A stretch of DNA of 64,000 nt, taken from assembly GCA_009842505.1 (NCBI GenBank), contig VYFG01000103.1:2214-66213 (forward strand). The letters run 5' to 3'. The notes under the pieces were generated by a model, which saw only the letters and a program-made list of their open reading frames with translations, ran no database searches and was not told the DNA's origin. The DNA comes from Gammaproteobacteria bacterium (GTDB lineage Bacteria; Pseudomonadota; Gammaproteobacteria; Arenicellales; Poriferihabitantaceae). Position numbers and translations under genes: made by a program. Shown one piece after another: positions 57,914 through 64,000 of the stretch; position 1 is the stretch's first letter, and each line of letters begins with the position of its first letter.

Positions 57914-58762
57914 TTGACTGACCAACCGGAATACAAACCGCCCAGGGTATGGAGTCCCGGCAAGGGAGACATGGGGAAATGGGCCGGAACCAACCGCCCC
58001 GTTGCCGGCCCCACCCATGAACAGGAACTGCCCCGGGGCAAACACCCGCTGCAGCTGTATTCCCTGGGCACGCCCAACGGCGTCAAGGTGACCGTCATGC
58101 TGGAGGAACTGCTGGCGGCGGACCACCAGGGCGCGGAATACGACGCCTGGTACATCGACATCGACAAGGGCGACCAGTTCGGCAGCGGCTTCGTCGAGGT
58201 CAACCCCAACTCGAAGATCCCGGCCCTCCTGGACCTTGGCGGGGCGGAACCCGTCCGGGTGTTCGAATCCGGCGCGATCCTCCTGTATCTCGCCGACAAG
58301 TTCGGCGCGTTCGTTCCCCCGGAGCCCGGGGACCGGGCCGAATGCCTGTCATGGCTGTTCTGGCAGATGGGCAGCACGCCCTATCTCGGCGGCGGCTTCG
58401 GTCATTTCTTCCGGTATGCCCCCTACCTCATGGAATACCCGATCAACCGCTACGCCATGGAGTCCAAGCGGCAACTGGACGTGCTCGACCGGAACCTGGC
58501 CGAGCGTCCCTTCGTTGCCGGCGACGAGTACACCATCGCCGATATCGCCATCTGGCCCTGGTACGGGAGGCTGACGATGAATACCGTCTACGAGGCGGCG
58601 GAGTTCCTCGATGCCGCCTCCTACCGGAACCTGAACCGCTGGGCCCGGGACATCGGGGAGCGGCCGGCGGTGCAGCGGGGACGGCGCGTCAACCGTTCGT
58701 CGGACAACCCCTGGCTGCTGCGCGAGCGCCACGACGCGAAGGATTTCGAGACCGCCGGGTAG
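57914..58762 (+). CDS. yghU: Nu-class glutathione S-transferase (YghU family)
   Basis: NRPVAGPTHEQELPRGKHPLQLYSLGTPNGVKVTVMLEELL...AEYDAW.I.I..GDQF.SGFVEVNPNSKIPAL and ERHDAKDFET are near-collinear with E. coli YghU. TTG start. Confidence 0.9.
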   Translation: MTDQPEYKPPRVWSPGKGDMGKWAGTNRPVAGPTHEQELPRGKHPLQLYSLGTPNGVKVTVMLEELLAADHQGAEYDAWYIDIDKGDQFGSGFVEVNPNSKIPALLDLGGAEPVRVFESGAILLYLADKFGAFVPPEPGDRAECLSWLFWQMGSTPYLGGGFGHFFRYAPYLMEYPINRYAMESKRQLDVLDRNLAERPFVAGDEYTIADIAIWPWYGRLTMNTVYEAAEFLDAASYRNLNRWARDIGERPAVQRGRRVNRSSDNPWLLRERHDAKDFETAG

Positions 58763-58796
58763 CGACCCCGGGCTGCGGCGCCGCCCGCGGATCCGG

Positions 58797-59675
58797 TCAG
58801 TGGGGGCGTGCGTCCTTCGCGGGCATTGCGACCAGGGTGGCGACGAACTGTTCGATGTCGGGCAGCTTCGCCTCGTCGATGCCGGTGCGGTAACCCCCTG
58901 CATGGAGCAGCCGGACCACCGCGCCGGTGCTGACATTGCCTTTCGCCCCCGGCGCGTACGGGCAGCCACCGAGACCGCCGATGGAGGAGTCGAAGGTGCG
59001 AAGCCCCTTTTCCAGGCTGACTTCGATGTTGGCGATCGCCCGGTTCCCGGTGTCATGGTAGTGCCCCGCCAGCTTGTCCGCGGGCGCCGTCCCGAGGGCC
59101 GCATCCAGCATCGCACCGATGGATTCCGGGGTGCCGGAGCCGATGGTATCCCCCAGGGACACCTCGTAGCAGCCGAGTTCGAGCAGCTTACGGGTGACGT
59201 CGGCAACCGCCCGGGGCGCCACCTCGCCCTCGTAGGGGCAGCCGGCGACGCATGACACGTAGCCCCGGACCGGGACGCCGTCGGTCCCGGCCAGTTCCAT
59301 CACGCTCCGGAACCGCTCGATGCTCTCGTCGATGCTGCAGTTGATGTTCCGCCGGCTGAAGGTTTCCGACGCCGCGGCAAAGATCGCCACTTCATCCGCT
59401 CCGGCCCGGCGCGCGAACTGGTAACCCATTCTGTTGGGCGTCAGCGCGGCATACCGAACGCCGGGCACCCGCCTGATCCCAGCCATGACCCTGGGGGCAT
59501 CCTTCATCTGTGGCACCCACTTGGGCGATACGAAGCTCGTCACCTCGATCCTGCTGAAACCGGCGTCGGACAGGCGGTCCACCAGTTCGACCTTCCGTTC
59601 CGTGCTGATCTTGGCCTTCTCGTTCTGCAGCCCGTCCCGCGGTCCCACCTCAAAGATCTGTACGAATTCGCTCAT
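58797..59675 (-). CDS. liuE: hydroxymethylglutaryl-CoA lyase
   Basis: IFEVGPRDGLQNE, EVTSFVSPKWVPQM, GDTIG.GTP, HYHDT.G.A.AN and GGCPYAPGA.GNV. Confidence 0.92.
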   Translation of the reverse strand: MSEFVQIFEVGPRDGLQNEKAKISTERKVELVDRLSDAGFSRIEVTSFVSPKWVPQMKDAPRVMAGIRRVPGVRYAALTPNRMGYQFARRAGADEVAIFAAASETFSRRNINCSIDESIERFRSVMELAGTDGVPVRGYVSCVAGCPYEGEVAPRAVADVTRKLLELGCYEVSLGDTIGSGTPESIGAMLDAALGTAPADKLAGHYHDTGNRAIANIEVSLEKGLRTFDSSIGGLGGCPYAPGAKGNVSTGAVVRLLHAGGYRTGIDEAKLPDIEQFVATLVAMPAKDARPH

Positions 59676-61657
59676 GGCTCTGTCTGTGTTCCGGGTTCAA
59701 GTTCAAGTAGGAGTGTGCCGGATTCCACCTGGTCGCCCTGACGGACGTGCACCCGGGAGATGACACCGTCCCGGGGCGCCCGCATGGCATGCTCCATTTT
59801 CATGGCTTCCATCACCGCGAGCAACTGTTTCTCCCCGACGGCCTCCCCGGCCTCGACCGCGATCCGGGTGACGAGCCCCGGCATGGGGGCGGTGACCCGG
59901 TCTCCCCGGCCCCCGCCCTCCTCGGCCATCGCGCCCGGATCGTCCACGGTCAGGACCCATTCGTTGCCGCCGGATGCGACCAGGAGTTCGTGGCCGTCCA
60001 GGTGGTGGCGGAGCTCGGTCACGCATCCGTTGACGACCAGGCAGCCGTCGCCCGGCCCGGTCCATCGGCAATGCCCTTCCCAGCCGCCGGCACGCACGTC
60101 CGCGCCGCCGTCGGCGCGCATCGCGAGCCGCACCTCCTGGCCGTCCAGCGACACCGCAAGCTCCGCCCCGCCCCAGGCCCGCCAGTACCCGGCGTGATCC
60201 CAGGGACCGGTCCGGCCGCCGGTCTTCGCCGGGCGCGAGACGATCATCGCCGCGGCCGCAACAATCTCCGGCGGAGGCGCCGCGGCGACGGCAAGAGCTT
60301 CCGACTCCCGGGCGATGAGCCCGGTTTCCACGTCCCCGGCCCGGAACCGCTCCAGGGCGCAGAGCCTGGCCAGGAAGCGCAGGTTGGTGGTGCAGCCGGC
60401 GACGAACGATCCCTCCAGCGCCGCCTGGAGCCGGCCAAGGGCGGTCATGCGGTCGGGGCCGTGCACGATCAGCTTGGCGATCATGGGGTCATACCACGGC
60501 GTGATCCGGTCACCCTGGCGGACGCCGGTATCCACCCGCGCCGTGCCGTCCAGGTCAAGCACGGCCAGGGTGCCCGTGGACGGCAGGAAGTCCCGCCCGG
60601 TGTCCTCCGCGTAGAGGCGCGCCTCGAAGGCATGGCCCTGGATGCCGAGCTGGTCCTGGGTCATGGGCAGCGGTCCGCCCTCGGCCACGGCAATCTGCCA
60701 GGCGACCAGATCCTGGCCGGTGACCGCCTCGGTCACCGGGTGCTCCACCTGCAGCCTGGTGTTCATCTCCATGAACCAGAACCGGTCCGGCCTGAGGCCT
60801 CCGGAGCCGTCAACGATGAACTCCACCGTGCCCGCACCGACATACCCGACCGCCTTCGCCGCCTGTACCGCCGCGGCTCCCATGGCCTGGCGCATGGCAT
60901 CCGTCATCCCCGGCGCCGGGGCCTCCTCGATGACCTTCTGGTGGCGCCGCTGCACGGAACAGTCGCGCTCGAACAGGTGGACCACGTTCCCGGACCGGTC
61001 GCCGAACACCTGAATCTCGATATGGCGCGGCGAGGAGATGAATTTCTCGATCAGCACCTGGTCGTCGCCGAAGCCCGCCTGCGCCTCCCGGCGGGCACTT
61101 TCAAGAGCCTCGGGGAAATCCTCCGGCCGCTCCACCAGGCGCATCCCCTTGCCGCCGCCGCCGGCCCGCGCCTTGATCAGCACCGGGTACCCGACCGCGT
61201 CGGCCTCCCCCGCCAGGAAGGATGCGTCCTGGTTGCCGCCATGATAGCCGGGCACCACCGGCACGCCGGCCTGCTCCATCAGCTGCTTGGCCGCATCCTT
61301 GCGTCCCAAGACCTCGATGGCGTCCGCGTCCGGGCCGATGAACGTGATCCCCGCATCCGCGCAGGCCCGGACGAACGCGGGATTCTCCGACAGGAACCCG
61401 TACCCCGGATGGATGGCGTCCACACCGGTGGCTTTCGCGGCCGCGATCACCCGGTCGATCCTGAGGTAGCTTTCGGCGGCCGGCGCCGCCCCCAGGTGCA
61501 CGGCCTCGTCCGATTGCCCGACATGGAGCGCGTCACGGTCCGCGTCCGAATACACCGCCACGGAGCGGATGCCGAGATTCCCGAGCGTGCGCATCACCCG
61601 GCAGGCGATCTCGCCCCGGTTGGCCACCAGCACCTTGCGGATCCTGCCGGCGGTCAT
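59672..61657 (-). CDS. liuD: 3-methylcrotonyl-CoA carboxylase alpha subunit (biotin carboxylase + BCCP)
   Basis: KVLVANRGEIACRV, GGGGKGMR, EMNTRLQVEHPVTE and the C-terminal biotinyl motif EAMKME. I chose ATG 61657, immediately after the upstream stop. Confidence 0.9.
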   Translation of the reverse strand: MTAGRIRKVLVANRGEIACRVMRTLGNLGIRSVAVYSDADRDALHVGQSDEAVHLGAAPAAESYLRIDRVIAAAKATGVDAIHPGYGFLSENPAFVRACADAGITFIGPDADAIEVLGRKDAAKQLMEQAGVPVVPGYHGGNQDASFLAGEADAVGYPVLIKARAGGGGKGMRLVERPEDFPEALESARREAQAGFGDDQVLIEKFISSPRHIEIQVFGDRSGNVVHLFERDCSVQRRHQKVIEEAPAPGMTDAMRQAMGAAAVQAAKAVGYVGAGTVEFIVDGSGGLRPDRFWFMEMNTRLQVEHPVTEAVTGQDLVAWQIAVAEGGPLPMTQDQLGIQGHAFEARLYAEDTGRDFLPSTGTLAVLDLDGTARVDTGVRQGDRITPWYDPMIAKLIVHGPDRMTALGRLQAALEGSFVAGCTTNLRFLARLCALERFRAGDVETGLIARESEALAVAAAPPPEIVAAAAMIVSRPAKTGGRTGPWDHAGYWRAWGGAELAVSLDGQEVRLAMRADGGADVRAGGWEGHCRWTGPGDGCLVVNGCVTELRHHLDGHELLVASGGNEWVLTVDDPGAMAEEGGGRGDRVTAPMPGLVTRIAVEAGEAVGEKQLLAVMEAMKMEHAMRAPRDGVISRVHVRQGDQVESGTLLLELEPGTQTEP

Positions 61658-61658
61658 G

Positions 61659-63266
<1,608 letters not shown>

Positions 63267-63280
63267 GGCGAACCCCGGGA

Positions 63281-64000
63281 TCAGGCCGTTTCCCCGAACA
63301 GCTCGCGGCCGATGAGCATCCGCCGGATCTCGCTGGTCCCGGCACCGATTTCGTACAGCTTGGCGTCCCGCAGGAAACGGCCGGTGGGATAGTCGTTGAT
63401 GTACCCGTTGCCGCCCAGGGCCTGGATCGCTTCCAGCGCCATCCAGGTGGCCTTCTCCGAGCTGTAGAGAATGCAGCCGGCGGCATCCTTGCGGGTGGTC
63501 TCGCCCCGGTCGCAGGCGGCCGCCACCATGTAGACATAGGCCCGGCAGGCGTTGAACGTGGTGTACATGTCGGCGATCTTTCCCTGCATCAGCTGGAAGT
63601 CGCCGATGGGCCGGCCGAACTGCCTGCGCTCGTGGACATAGGGCACTACCACATCCATGCAGGCGGCCATGATGCCGAGGGGCCCGCCGGCCAGGGTCAC
63701 CCGCTCCGTGTCGAGGCCCGACATGAGCACGCTGACTCCCTCGCCCACCTCGCCAAGCACGTTCTCGGCGGGCACCTCGCAGTCGCTGAACACCAGTTCG
63801 CAGGTGTTGCTGCCCCGCATGCCGAGCTTGTCCAGCTTCTGCGCGGTGCTGAAACCCGGAAAGTCCTTCTCCACGATGAACGCGGTAATGCCCCTCGGCC
63901 CCGCTTCCGGATCGGTTTTCGCATAGATCACCAGGATGTCGGCATCGGGACCGTTGGTGATCCACATCTTGCTGCCGTTGAGCACATACAGATCACCCCG
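63281..64000 (-). CDS. liuA: isovaleryl-CoA dehydrogenase (C-terminal part; N-terminus beyond the right edge)
   Basis: [53 protein letters not shown] and [19 protein letters not shown] are acyl-CoA dehydrogenase/IVD signatures. Confidence 0.9.
   Translation of the reverse strand, partial: RGDLYVLNGSKMWITNGPDADILVIYAKTDPEAGPRGITAFIVEKDFPGFSTAQKLDKLGMRGSNTCELVFSDCEVPAENVLGEVGEGVSVLMSGLDTERVTLAGGPLGIMAACMDVVVPYVHERRQFGRPIGDFQLMQGKIADMYTTFNACRAYVYMVAAACDRGETTRKDAAGCILYSSEKATWMALEAIQALGGNGYINDYPTGRFLRDAKLYEIGAGTSEIRRMLIGRELFGETA

Overview
This is a high-GC (hand-sampled roughly 65-75%) proteobacterial chromosomal window with gamma-like synteny (mutY-yggX, mnmA-purB). I support about 57 protein-coding genes. 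I found no rRNA, tRNA, CRISPR array, integrase or transposase. All homology calls come from motif and sequence recollection only; no searches were run.

The left third holds housekeeping genes: a DUF255 thioredoxin-like protein, mutY, yggX, a LysR regulator, mnmA, purB, a pseudouridine synthase, pyrD, an MBL hydrolase, an MscS-family channel and an aminotransferase.

17.6-30.4 kb is a co-directional minus-strand block. It holds an Opp/Dpp-type ABC importer, a fused indolepyruvate-ferredoxin-oxidoreductase-like enzyme, an alpha/beta hydrolase, a Zn-ADH and an aromatic-amino-acid-decarboxylase-like PLP enzyme. A Tat-exported multicopper oxidase with a 10-Asp run follows.

32.2-44.1 kb is visibly lower in GC (roughly 47-63% in sampled lines). 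It carries a membrane-anchored LuxR-type regulator, a MazG-like + DUF2075 (PD-(D/E)xK / DEAH P-loop) operon with a near-consensus promoter, and a HigA-like antitoxin interrupted by a (GGCAAG)n repeat with no intact toxin. It also carries potFGHI, a truncated amidotransferase, puuB/puuA-like genes and a GntR regulator.

The right side holds a TetR / B12-mutase (non-canonical substrate residues) / MeaB cluster and a small AT-rich DUF433 module with two 18-bp palindromic operators. After that come a methyltransferase, photolyase, a DUF4143 ATPase, ALDH, M19 dipeptidase, slyX, gloA, yghU and a leucine-catabolic liu cluster.

The best candidates for novelty are the MazG-like/DUF2075 pair as a possible defence module, a split NHLP-type RiPP precursor ending in LCCCW, and the atypical acyl-CoA mutase.

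Many long ORFs in the supplied track are antisense shadows typical of high-GC DNA, and I rejected them.
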